Shown here: piece by piece, positions 1 through 11,961 of the stretch
How positions within the stretch are numbered: the first letter of the stretch is position 1
Layout of the letters: each line of letters opens with the position of its first letter
Source of the DNA: Mytilus californianus
Taxonomy: Eukaryota
NCBI RefSeq assembly: GCF_021869535.1
Contig: NW_026262581.1
Location: forward strand, 48,546,001-48,610,000
DNA: 64,000 bases
Direction of reading: 5' to 3'
Notes under the pieces: model-generated
Database searches by the model: none
Seen by the model: only the letters and a program-made list of their open reading frames with translations
What the model was told of the DNA's origin: nothing
Translations under genes and position numbers: made by a program

Positions 1-434
1 ATTTATATAATATTTGGTTTTTACTCATATTTGATTCTTAAGCGTAAATTTTAGCATTTCTTTCGTCATTTTTCTCTTTGCATTTAATCCTTTTTTTTAC
101 ATTAAATAACGTAGTCTACGCCAGGGGTTACATTGTATCCTATCCAGCTAAACTAGGAGGAGGGGAGTAGAATAAGCTCAAACAGTCCCATGACTAAAAA
201 AAATACGGAGTTAATTTAATAATATTTACCGTCAAAGGTTTCTCAACAAGCACATTTGATTTAATATTAAGTACCGTTAAAGATATCCCAACAGACAAAA
301 GTGTTTGGTTGAAAAATATCAACTGCCCTTTTTTTTAATTTCGACCGGTGGAAATTAAAGAAAGAGTAATATAAACCAGTAGAAGAAAAACACTTCACAG
401 TATAGTATAACGGTAAAATGAATTATGATAATGA

Positions 435-650
435 ATGACGTCCAGCGGCAAATTAAAGGAATATTCAGGACGATAACATGTAAACATAATATGAGTATCA
501 ACCCTGCTTTGTACTAGACCGACAAGCTGAGCCGGTTTTTTAACGCGTAAGTTCACATTATATCAGTTCGCAGGAAGAAAGTCAGCCTACCCGGAAACAT
601 TCGGATTCGAACCTACGACCTCCAGCACTCGAGGCGAACACATTCTCACG
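435..650 (-). mobile_element. tRNA-derived SINE relic, internally deleted
   Basis: The minus strand reads GTGTTCGCCTCGAGTGCTGGAGGTCGTAGGTTCGAATCC, a tRNA-like head with a Pol III B box (GGTTCGAATCC, 603-613). The rest resembles a common mollusc SINE body from memory. Boundaries are approximate. Confidence 0.5.
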
Positions 651-1372
651 AAATAAACCAGGAGAGCGGTAGTAATATCATATCAAAAACTAATGTACAA
701 TTGATACAGTTTCACAGAATTTTCACAGTTACTAAAGCGAGCTAAAAGTATCTAACCTAAATAAGATGCCTTAATTGATAGTGGAAACTACACGTAAATA
801 TGGATGGCCGACTTCAGAATAGATTTAATGGATCAACGCTCTCTGCAAATTAGAAACTCTTGCACCAATTACTTAAGGGGTGTGAATGTAACCGGATGTG
901 GCCAGCTGTTGTAAGGCTATATTTCTGTCCTCATTCAATATACCCTCAAATTCAAGTGGTATTCCAAATTTCACGTCAAACCTCACTATCGACCTCCTAT
1001 TGCAAGACCTACCTATTGTATTTAAAATGTATATGTCCTCGTCATAAACATGCTTGAAATATTTTTCACTGGACGTAAAGCAAACAACAATCAATCAACT
1101 CCATAAATTGTTCCATGTACATAGTACACGAAGACAAGATCTTGTATAATGCTATAATAGAAAATTTCCATTTTACTCACTCAATAATAGTGCAAATGTT
1201 TTTTTATGGTTTTGCAATTTATTAATTACTACATAACTGATCACTTAAAAAAATAAAATATTTTTTACTATGGTTCTTATCTAATGTACATGTTTTATTA
1301 CAATTAATGATATATAATTTTGTAAGGTAATAATAAAACTAAGAAAGGTCAAAGTTTTTTTTCTAGGTGTTT

Positions 1373-1510
1373 GTTTATGCTACATTTAGACGTGAAAAGG
1401 AATGACGAACGACTAAAGTAAAAGTGTTTATTTTCATATAGGTTATGCTACATTTAGACGTGAAAAAGGAATGACGAACGACTAAAATAAAAGTGTTTGT
1501 TTTCATATAA
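1373..1510. repeat. Direct tandem duplication, about 2 x 69-70 bp
   Basis: The unit gttatgctacatttagacgtgaaaaggaatgacgaacgactaaa.taaaagtgttt.ttttcatata occurs at about 1373 and 1442. Confidence 0.9.
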
Positions 1511-2340
1511 TACATTGTATTATTACTTAAAGAATGGTGATCAACCTTGCGAAAATATCTCATCTATACACGTTTAGATCGAGCCACTCAAACCTACATC
1601 ACTTGGTGCTAAAGATGTTACATTTAGGTTATTAAATACGATTTTATTTATTGAAGTTTACATGCATAGTTTATATAAAAAAAAAAAACAAACAAAACAC
1701 GATTTATAAATTAATTGGACTGAACAGACAACACTAATTTTTTTGTATTCGCATGTAACGTAGTGTAGGAAATTTACAGAATCAAAACCAAAAGGAACTT
1801 TTACCTGAATATTGTGAAGGACCATATGCATCTAGGTCTGTTCGATTAGAAGTTGTGAAACAAGCTGTTTCAAAAGCTAATTGTTGGAAGAGTTTACTTA
1901 CTTTTTTCATTTGGTCTGGTCTTTACGAATCTATTTCATGATTACTGACAGATTAAAAACATCAAATATATATATCAAGAATATTTGTGCAGAATATTCA
2001 TTGCTCAGTTGTAAATAGGGTTTTGATTTCCTCATTTATAAAATAGAAAATTGTTATATTTAAAAGTTGGAATTCAAAAATATAAGTTTCCCCCTTAATT
2101 TTATAAAACTATCCTATGGTGTTATTTTATTGCTAAAAAATTGTAATAAATAGATAATTAAATGATGTAATGCCATTTAATCGGTCCGTTTTCAGTAGAA
2201 TTAGGTAACTGTTATTTGTCTATATCAATCTGAGTACTGTTTAACTATCATTTGAGTTAAACATATTAGGACTCGTCCAATTCAGGGGAATTAGGCTTCT
2301 GCAAGTGGTTTTTTGTGTGTTTTTCTTATGTTTTTGACGG

Positions 2341-2530
2341 TTTGTAAGTCAGTAAAAGTTCAATGATTAAGTTAATATTGACATTAAAAGACCTCCTCAC
2401 AAGAAGGGCTGTTCAAATCACTCGCCCTTCGGGATCTGTAGACTGCTCTAGGAACTCAACATCCCTTTTTGTTCGAAGGTCTTTTAATATCAATTTTAAC
2501 TTATCACTGAGCTTTTACAATTACTTAAAA
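2341..2530. mobile_element. MITE-like inverted-repeat element in the 3' UTR region of G1
   Basis: Arm 2352-2393 (gtaaaagttcaatgattaagttaatattgacattaaaagacc) is an imperfect reverse complement of 2478-2518. Pairing extends loosely to 2341/2530 around an ~85-bp spacer. Confidence 0.55.
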
Positions 2531-5015
2531 TAATAACTTAGTGTTCAAAGTCGGGATTTCGGTGATATCTTGTTCATCGTGTGTATCCATTAGACGGCCT
2601 TCTTCTACAAATCATATGAAAATAAACTGTTGCACAGTATTTGTTCGATGGACAATCAACATCGCGATGACAGTCTTTTTTGCAACCAATTGCTCAACTC
2701 ACTGCTGACTGAGAAATGACTCTTGAACCAGAAGTTCTTACTGATCCACTACGTCTTAACGAAACAGTGTCTAATACATCTAGCCCACTTCGTCTAGAGG
2801 TAATTGCGTCAAGAATATCCTAACCTGTATGACCAGATATTGCATGGCTACTACCTATAGTTTTCAAATAAATGAATTGCAAGATAGGTCTAAATTTCTA
2901 GCCAGACCGGATGAACCAATTCTGCTGCCAGAGGATGAATGACCATCATTACTTGAACCTCTGGGCAAGCCAGATGATGAACTTCTAATTATTTCTGAGA
3001 CTGTGTTTCCCCTTCTTATAAAGTCTGACAATCCAGATGCACCAATTCTACTTCCAGAAGAAATGTCGACGCAGTAACTTCTACAACCATCATGGACACA
3101 TTTATGGCCTGAACGACATAATTTATATCCTCCGCACCCATAATGACAATTACTGATACTGTCATCGTCAGATATAGCACGGGACATACCAGCTGAAGAA
3201 CCTCTAATGATTTCAGATACAGAGTTCCTGCCTCCAACAGAACCCCCAGACAATACTCTACTGGCTGATGACCCATGTGTTATAAATTCATTGCCTATTC
3301 CATGGGATGTTCCAACAGCTCTTGATCCTGTTCGTCTATTTGCATTAATTACATCCAGTAAAGAAAGAGATCCGCCACGACGCCCGTTTATGTCTCTTCC
3401 AACTGTGTTTCCGACCTGTAAATCCTTCTCCACTGCGTGTACATCTAATGCATGCTTTTTCGTGGGTGCATAGACTGTAAAATTAAATATCTGACAATTT
3501 TATAATCTTCACAAATCAAGTAAAAAAACTATACAGATGAACTACTATCTATCTATATATATAAGATTGTCTAGTATTATTGATAATAAGACAACAATCC
3601 ACCATTAACCAGATGACAATAATGTAAACAACTGCTGGAACCATACGGTTTCAGCACTGAGCGAAAGCCATACATTATAGTAAGCTATAATGGACCCACA
3701 CGATAAAATGTGAAACAATTCAAAGCACAATACCATTCGTTTTTCTATAATAATTTACAAAATATGTATATGTTGGTAATATACCTTCTTATGTACTAAT
3801 TATATAAATTAATATCTTTTTGGTGATTTGTCCACGATAAGGTGTTTAGTTCTAATCATCGCACCGAAGACATTTTTGTTAAAACAGCCTATAAATCTTG
3901 AGAAAGCAAAGCGAATATTTTCTTACCGGCTACTGCCAATGTGGTCAACGCCATCGAAAAGAAAATGGTCTGGAATCTCATCATCTCTAAGAATTCTGAA
4001 ATTTACAGGATACACATTATTTCTTACAAAAACATTTCAAACTTTAGGATTTATTGAGCTTGTAATCGAGCTATAGGTTGTGCAAAATTAAGATATTGTG
4101 TAGGGATTATACATGTGGAAGTCATTATCACGTGATTGAAAAGAAATATTGAAGTCCATAAGTTTTGATATAAAAAAAAGTATTTGATGACCGCTATTTT
4201 ATAATTCATTCTGAAAATAGAAGACTAACTAGGGAAAGAAAATTATATATCAAAAACAAACTAAAGGTGACATTGAGTCCTTAACCATCACATAAACGGT
4301 ACCAATATTCATGCACCAGAAGCGCATTTCGACAATTAAGGTCTGTTCAGTGATGCTCGAGGCATATTTGAAAAAATCCTAAATGGAATACTGCTGTTGA
4401 AGAGCTAATTAAACCAAACAGAACTTGAAGTATAGCAAAATATGCAGAGCGAATCAGAGCAATATATCATGAAATATAAAACACAATGTGAGATTTGGTT
4501 AAAACTACAAATCAGAAAGCTATGTTAGATATTGATTTACAATTTAACAAATGAGGAAAAAGGGATTGAAGCTAATTGTTAATCTCGAACTTGCATCACT
4601 TACATCGATTTTCAAATCTAAGTATAAATAATCATTCAATTTTACAGCAAATAATATTTAGAAACGCACATTACTTTGTATGTATATCATTTTCAATGTT
4701 TCAAATAATTATTTCAGGCGGATTTGCAATTCCGATTTATAAAAAAAAAGCTTTGTTGCCAATAAATATTACTTTGAAGCAGTATTTCTTACCCTTTACT
4801 TATTTAAATCAGTACACAAATGTATAACAATGCACAACGCTTAAATCTTAATAAATCCTATTTCTAATTCCTTAATGTTAATGATTTATTTCCTGTTATC
4901 TTTTCACAATTGCATTATTATTGCTTTGTATATATATCATATTTATTTATGATAAATATTTATGTTAAATAATTTCTTACCTTTGATTGAAGCAATTGGG
5001 AAGATTTCTTATTAA

Positions 5016-5289
5016 ATAAACTCATCATAGATACCAGGATTGAAATTTTGTATTTGCGCCAGACGCGCGTTTCGTCTACAAAATACTCATCAGTGACGCT
5101 CGAATAAAAAAAAGTTAAAAAGGCCAAATAAAGTACGAAGTTGAAGAGCATTGAGGACATAAAATTCATAAAAGTTTTGCCAAATACAGCTAAAGTAATC
5201 TATTGTTTGAGGTAGAAAAGCCATAGTATTTCAAAAATGTAAAGTTTTGTAAACAGTTAATTTATAATTATGACCATATCAATTAATTA
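5016..5289 (-). mobile_element. Retrozyme-like non-autonomous retroelement (family A) with 7-bp TSD
   Basis: 274 bp flanked by TTATTAA at 5009-5015 and 5290-5296. It is absent from exon 1 of G2-G6 and carries a hammerhead motif. Related, mostly degenerate or truncated pieces lie near 7128, 9969, 11405-11522, 16395, 29215, 39475, 45125 and 58875. Several share the end ctggtatctatgatgagtttat. Confidence 0.8.
5057..5098 (-). ncRNA. Minimal type I hammerhead ribozyme
   Basis: Minus strand: CGUCA CUGAUGA GUAU-UUUGU-AGAC GAAA C-GCGC-GUC^UGGCG. Both core boxes are intact. Stem I is CGUCA/UGGCG, stem II has one A.G mismatch, and stem III is short with a palindromic GCGC loop. Predicted cleavage is between 5062 and 5061. 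Confidence 0.82.
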
Positions 5290-5322
5290 TTATTAATATT
5301 GTTTTACTGCTTCAGAATCGTT

Positions 5323-5330
5323 CTTTTATA
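5323..5330 (-). promoter_or_regulatory. TATA box of G1
   Basis: TATAAAAG at the same position as in G2-G6, 30 nt upstream of the inferred TSS (~5300). Confidence 0.7.
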
Positions 5331-6684
5331 CAGTTTTTAATTATTTGTTTATAATTGACATGTATACAAGGAAATTTGTAACTGAACCGCAAATGATAAA
5401 TTCGTTAATTATTGTTGAAACTTTAAATGTCACGATGTCGTAGTACAACAACATTGCAGATTATGCCTATCTAAAGAAATGTATTAAGGGTCAATAAACA
5501 CATTTTGTTTCCTCCTACACTAGACATAATATTCATGACATCATAATACATTTTTATATTATGAAAAATTGCCTCCACGGATAAGATGTTTTTAATTAAA
5601 TGCATTTGGTAGTCGCCACAGACTTGTAAAGTTTAAAAAAAAACTCTAGTCTTTTATTTCCTTATAAAAGATATAGTTTGTTTAGAATTGTCAAGAAATC
5701 TCTGTTTGAAAGTTAATTCACCTGACGATAGAAAAGTTATAAGGATTTTAATCTGAAGCGGATGACTCGCCATTTGTCTGTATAAGATTCACTAGTCATG
5801 ATCGAATCTAAACAGTAGAATGGGCAAATAAATAAAGAATTTAAAGATAAACCAAAAGCTCAAAATTAGTTGGGTCAAGATGTGCAATTCAGTTTAGGTA
5901 GGCAACAATGGTTACCTTTTTTTCTTTCCTCTGTCCATATCGTAAACCTGGATATGTATGATTGCTCTTTTAAAAGCTGAGACATTTTCACTTATGTGGT
6001 TAATTCTTTAGTGTACGAAGTGGGAATAATGTTTTCACAAATTGGAAAACCCAGAAAGGCCCCATGTTATTCGTCTTCATCATGTAAAAAGTTCCTATTT
6101 GCACATAGCAAAATTCTTTGGAAATTCAGTTCGTTTCAAATATTTTAAAATAACTCCAAAGTGTTCACATCTTTATTATACAGTCATCGGCTCTTCAATA
6201 AAGCATAAATGTTTCAGCTTACAAAAAATATCCAATATCATTCAATACAGCTTTTCCATTTCTCTTTATAATTGAGTTCTTCAGTTTGAGGCGCATTAGT
6301 GATATTGCCCCAGTTGCGTCAAGTCTGGCGAATGCCATATTTGTCTTGTGATAGAAAACAGTATGCGGTATGGGTTTTGTCCAAGGCAGTACGGTGACCT
6401 ATAATTGTTAACCTTTATGTCATTTTGTCTAGTGGAAAGCTGTCTCATTGGCAATCATACCACATATTTTTTTTTTTAAATCAAAACCAAACTGTCTTTA
6501 ACCTAAAATTATTGAGAGCTTGATATATCATGTGGGGATATGTCTATTGTCGAAGACTAGATGTTACCTTAATTATGTCTTTTGGTTTTTGTTGTCGTTG
6601 GATTGCTATCTCAACATTAAACCCAAAAATATACGTCAAAAAAATACGTCACTTTTTATGGCGTTGATACATTGTTGCGTTTAT

Positions 6685-7031
6685 TTGTACTGTATTCCTG
6701 TCACGTAATGTTGTAATTTTAGTGGTATTTTTTAACATTGCCATATAAGCGGGAGGTTTGGCTAGTCATAAATCCAGGTTCAACCCACCATTTTTTTCTT
6801 ATTATGTCCTGTACAAATTCAAGAATATGGCATTTGTTATCAAATAGTCCGTTTCTATGTATGTTGGCGTGTTTTTTTTGTTGTTGTTGCAGTTCGGTGT
6901 TTTTCTTGTTCCGTTGTTTTCCTCTTATAGTTGATGTGTTTCCCTCGGTTTTGGTTTGTGACCTGGATTTGTTTTCACTTAATCGATTTATGACTACTGA
7001 ACAGCTGTATACTACTGTTGCCTTTATTTAA
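6685..7031 (+). mobile_element. Interspersed repeat family B, 5'-truncated copy
   Basis: Shares gctagcca.aaa.ccaggttcaacccacca...atactactgttgcctttattt with 21454-21711 and, in reverse, with 59946-60643. The 3' end is common to all three. Confidence 0.75.
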
Positions 7032-8689
7032 CGAGGTGCATTCACATCTCCTTTTATGGTTAACTTTATCACTCAGGTTTTTATTTCTATCAAGGTCTTA
7101 ATTCTAATAACAAATTTGTTTTTTCCAAAGATACCAGCTTATGATTTGGTACGCTAGACGCGCGCTTCCTCTAAATAACACTCATCTGTAGCGCTCGAAA
7201 TCAAAACAGCTGAAAGATCAGATCAAATACGAAGTTGAAGAGCATTAAACGTTTAAATCGTTTTTCACAAGAATCATTGTAAAATAATGATTTAAACAAA
7301 AGTTTAACATTGAAATGAACTTACGAAAAACTTCTCTATCAGCTACAACTGATGAGCATTATTATTACGAGAATGATGTAAAAAAACATATTTAATACCG
7401 ACAATCACTTCACTTTCTTTTCTTTACATTGAGAACTGACATGAAACAACAAACTTTGTCTATTGTCTGTATACAAAAAATAAAAATATAGTTGGTGTAC
7501 AACACATACTCAAAATCTGATAGGTTTTATAAAAAACAGGTATATTCCTTTGTTGATAAAATCGCAATGATAAGAACAGATTCTTTTATAAATCTATATA
7601 TTATATCAGTAAACACCATAGGCTTATGTTGGTGGTGTGTCACTACTCTGGGATGGAAGGTTGACAATAGTGAAACTTAAATCATCAATTTGTTTCAAAG
7701 ATTTTAATTTTCAGTGTTTATACGGATATTTTAGTCTTTGTTTGCCACCTTGATTTTATTTTCTTAACCAATATAATCGATTTGACCATCTGTGAAAGAG
7801 ATGAAAAAGATACCAAAGGGATATTCAAACTCATAAGTCGAAGAAAAACTGACAATTTCATGGAAAAATACGGAAAACGACTAAAAGGCAATATAGAATT
7901 TTTAAAAATTAATGCCAGTTTCAATTATAATTCTGTCATTCGCATATATCTTTCAATTCCTTTTATTATTACGTTGTACACAATCATGACAATGTCATCG
8001 CCACAAATTGTTATTGGGGGAATATCTGATGTCGCACGATGTCATAAGGTTTCTGATTTTCTAATTATGATAAGCAATTAGGCTAAATAAAGTGTCGTAA
8101 ATCAATCAAAAAATTGCGCATCGTTAAAAGTTAGTGATCTTCCTTATGAAATAACAGTATTGTTTATCTGTATTCTTCTTTAAATATATTGATATATTTG
8201 GGGAAATTTCTTATTTTGGGGCACTAAGAGTTCTTAAGAAATAGTTGGTTGGCACATCCAGTTTTTGGGACTGCATATTCAAATAAACATTACTTAGAAT
8301 TCATTTAAAGCAGATTGCTAGTTTATCTTTGACGAAATCTACTAAATTGTTCTAATTAATAAATCTTGAGTTAAGGTTGATGCTATTAGGAATAGCTACA
8401 CAATTAATGGAAAAGTACCTAGACCAGTAGGGTGAGATGTCACTAGTTATCCTCTTTTTTTTCGTACAAATTCCCTAAATTTGTGTGCTGAGTTTCAAAA
8501 GATATAAAAATATAATCAATGAAGAAATGTGAATCGAAACGGGGAATGTGTCTACAGAGACAGCAACCTTACCAAAGATGTTGTTGTTTATTCGTCAATA
8601 CTTTAACATCTCCTGACATGGATTTAAGCAATCGTAGAAATGGAGACAAAAATTGTTGGGAAGGCTATGTCGGACATTTCACATGAATT

Positions 8690-10260
8690 AAACGATTTGG
8701 AATTTCAACCAAAGAACAAGAACGGGGTCTTCCTTCACTGTATTGGATACCTAAACTACAATAATGTCCTTACAAATAACATTGCTGAGTTTTCCAGGTG
8801 CTCCACGAAACCTCTTTCTAAATTATTAAAATCAACAATTAAAGCTAGGCTTCAAAGTTATTGTGAAACCACTGATGTCAGAGCTGTCGTGAATCAGACG
8901 TGGATACTAACATTTTTTGAAAAAATGGCAAAAGATACCAAAGGTACATTCAAACTCATAAGTCGAAAACAATCTGACAATGCCATGGCATAAACGAAAG
9001 ACGACGAAATGGCATACAACAGTACAAAAACAACCACATGACAAAAATTGAAGACTGAACAACATGAACCCTACAGAAAACTCGGGGTGATCTCTGGTGC
9101 CCCGGAAGGTCAATCAGATCCTGATCTACATGTGGCACCCTTCTATTGCTCATTTAAATACATCCCCGATGATAAATCTAATTTAGTATCGATGTTCTCC
9201 CAAAATGTCGGTATTTGCCTGTATATTGAAGAGACGGATATGTGTTGGCGTTCCAAAAATTGAGTTGTGTTTTCAATGTTTAAGCAACAAATCTGTGTAA
9301 ACGTTATATATTCCGTAGAACACATAGTTGCTACAGGCGCAGCAAAGTTTGACTGTCCCTCTGGTATCTTTCGTCCCTCTTTTTATAAAATATCATTCTC
9401 ATTTCAAGCTTTTTAAGATAGAATTTGTATATTTCCTTTTAGATGAATATCATATGAAGTGTACGGGTAATGTAAGGTATTAATTAAATTGAAAACCCAT
9501 CTTAAAGAAATAATCAACCATGCTTTCCTCCATAAAAATTGTACTATACGCTATAAATTAATTGTTTAGAGATATAATTTGGCATATTTTGTTAAAAATA
9601 ATCCCGAAAAAAAAACATGCTTCATCGAAGAACGAGTTTCTCATTGAGAACACATGTGTCCAGCAGGTTGTCTACATTCCTATTTTAACCAACTGCGAAA
9701 CTCATATGTGATTTTGATATGAATCAGAGTTCCTTTAAACACTGGGAAAAAACAAGAAGATCAAAGAAGCTAGATTATTTAGTTTGACATACAGGTTAAT
9801 AGATGATGTTCTTTCCATTAACAAATAAAATTTTTCCGATTAAGTCCCATAAATATGTCCTCCTGAACTAAAGATTAAAAAAAAAACATATACAGCTTTC
9901 CGTCCCATTTCTAGACCTGTACCTCAAATTGAATTATATCGGTCATATCAATACCAGAATCGATGACAATAAACTTATCATAGATACCAGGATTACATTT
10001 TTGTAAGCCAGACAACCGAGACGATTTTAATTTTGAAATTATAAATTTTTCTCATCTTAGCAGCGATATACCAACTTCGCCAGCGTATGGAGTATACATT
10101 TCTCAACTAGTACGATATTCAAGAAACCTGCAGTTGATACTCGGACTTTGCAAAATGTCATCGTTGGCTGGGCAAATTGATGGGCATGGGTTTTGTCAAA
10201 AAACATCACATCCTTTTTCTCAAAATGTTCATAGGAAAGTGCCAAGACATAACAGATGAA
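8690..10260 (+). mobile_element. Decayed Penelope-like element reverse transcriptase
   Basis: Frame-broken RT motifs occur in order: LPSLYWIPKL (~8730), CSTKPLSKLL, VNQxWIL, LKEIINHAF, EFLIEN, RLIDDVLSIN (~9795, YIDD equivalent) and RDDFNFEIINFSHLSSDIPTSPAYGVYISQLVRYSR (~10017-10125). It is interrupted by other repeats at ~8912-9385 and a short family A piece at ~9969-10015. Confidence 0.8.
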
Positions 10261-11961
10261 TACTCTGTATCTACTTTACAAATATTAAAAAAAAATGGTA
10301 TGAATTATAGCTTTTAGGGGCTGAAGCTACGTATCATTTTATTTACTTATTTCCCGTTTTGTGTCTTCATGTTAATATGCTCTTTTTGGTCATATGACTC
10401 TTGACGTGACTCCGTATTTAAGCATTCAGCTATCGGGTTTTTGACGATATGTGATTCTGACGCAAGAGGTTTTTACAACATTGTTTCCATTTTGCTTACC
10501 CTTGTATTTATATTTAACTTAATTTGTACTTTATCGAGAGAGTGTATACTATATACGATATGTACAATCAACTTCAAAAACGTTTATATCTGCGTCTTTG
10601 ACAATTTACAATCAACTACAAAAAAATGGTTTTGGCGTTATTGTTGATGTATGTGTACACATTTTTTGCTGCTTGATACCAATTATTGTCACATTAACCT
10701 ATCATAGAAAAAAAACCAAAGGATATGGGGTATCCATCCATGGCACAAAATCAGTACATGCAGAGCACAAAAGAAAACAAGTAAAAAATGTCAAATAGAG
10801 TATAAATGTATAAAGACAGAAACATGTCTGTTTGTGATGCTCACCAATTTTTGTCAATATAGCGGAACTATAAACTGTCATACAAGTGGGAGGTTTAGCT
10901 AGGTATAAAACCAGGTTTAACTAACCACTTTCTTTGGAAAATAACTTACCAAGTCAGGAATGTAACAGTTTTTTTCCGTTCGTTCCGATAGTAAATAACT
11001 TTCTACTTTGTCAGTTGTTATGGACTTCCCCTTTTTGAATTAACCTTGTATTTCGGTATTTTTTTTTAATACTTTTTTAGCTGTCTCTTAAATGCTTGGT
11101 CAGATATGTTTTAAGTTTTAGGAACGTCCCCATAAATTCACAAAATATATTTATTATTTGCATGTTTCATAACAATACCCTATGTAATCATAAATTGTAA
11201 TTAAGGCCTTGATAAATTTTCATCGTTTTATTTTAATTGTATGTTTGTCAGATCAAACAACTTTTTGCCAAGCTAAATGTAATCACAGAAATATTAAACA
11301 CGTGTCAAAAAGTGTCTGATGCAATTGATCGACGTTTTTTTAATCATAACGTCATACAAAACGTTTTAAGACTTTTTCATGTTTTATTGTGCTGATTGGT
11401 TTCTGATTTCACACATTTGTACTTTATTTGGGCTTTTACACTTTTTGATTCGAGCGTAAATGATCAGTCCTTTGAAGACGAAACGAGCATCTGGCCATGC
11501 CTGGTATCTATGATGAGTTCATTGACGTTTATAATGTGTCTTTTTAAATTATTATTTATTATTTAAACATATGTTAAATGGATGATAAGTATAACATCAG
11601 AAAAAGTAACATTTATAATGTCCTTCATTCATACCTTTTAATTCATCAAGAAGCAGGCGATTTTCATAAAAACATATATTCCTAAACATCTTTTAATAAC
11701 ATATTTTAGCTTAGTATTATAGACAGAAATAATTGTTAATGTTATGTTTACATGAACACAACGTTTCTAATACAAAACAATTTGCCCGATAGTTTCCCAG
11801 TGCTTTGTTTTGATAAAGGAATCGTGTTTTAGCTTTGTTTTTCAGCCATTAAGTGTGATAAGGAAAACCTATTCAATAACACAAACTGTATTCAACATTT
11901 AATTTTATAAAAAAAGATGGTTTGTTTTATAAAACAAGTTGAGATTTCAGCAATATTCTGT

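Larger units (their letters stand above)
2574..5300 (-). pseudogene. G1: pseudogene of the secreted Ser/Gly/Arg-rich double mini-WAP family
   Basis: Exon 1 (~5300-4981) is interrupted by an insertion at 5016-5289. Exon 2 is 3995-3927 (ATG 3984, MMRFQTIFFSMALTTLAVA, GTAAG donor). Exon 3 starts at 3474 after ttacag. A +2 frameshift near 2864-2876 ends the ORF early. A second in-frame TGA lies at 2694-2696, where paralogs have GGA. The ancestral stop TGA is at 2574-2576. Confidence 0.88.

Noticed and set aside
3016-3473. Antisense and alternate-frame ORFs over exon 3 (e.g. 3207-3473, 12263-12862, 22554-22784, 42267-42482)
   Set aside because: They are by-products of Ser/Gly codon bias. Starts, stops and lengths differ between paralogs.
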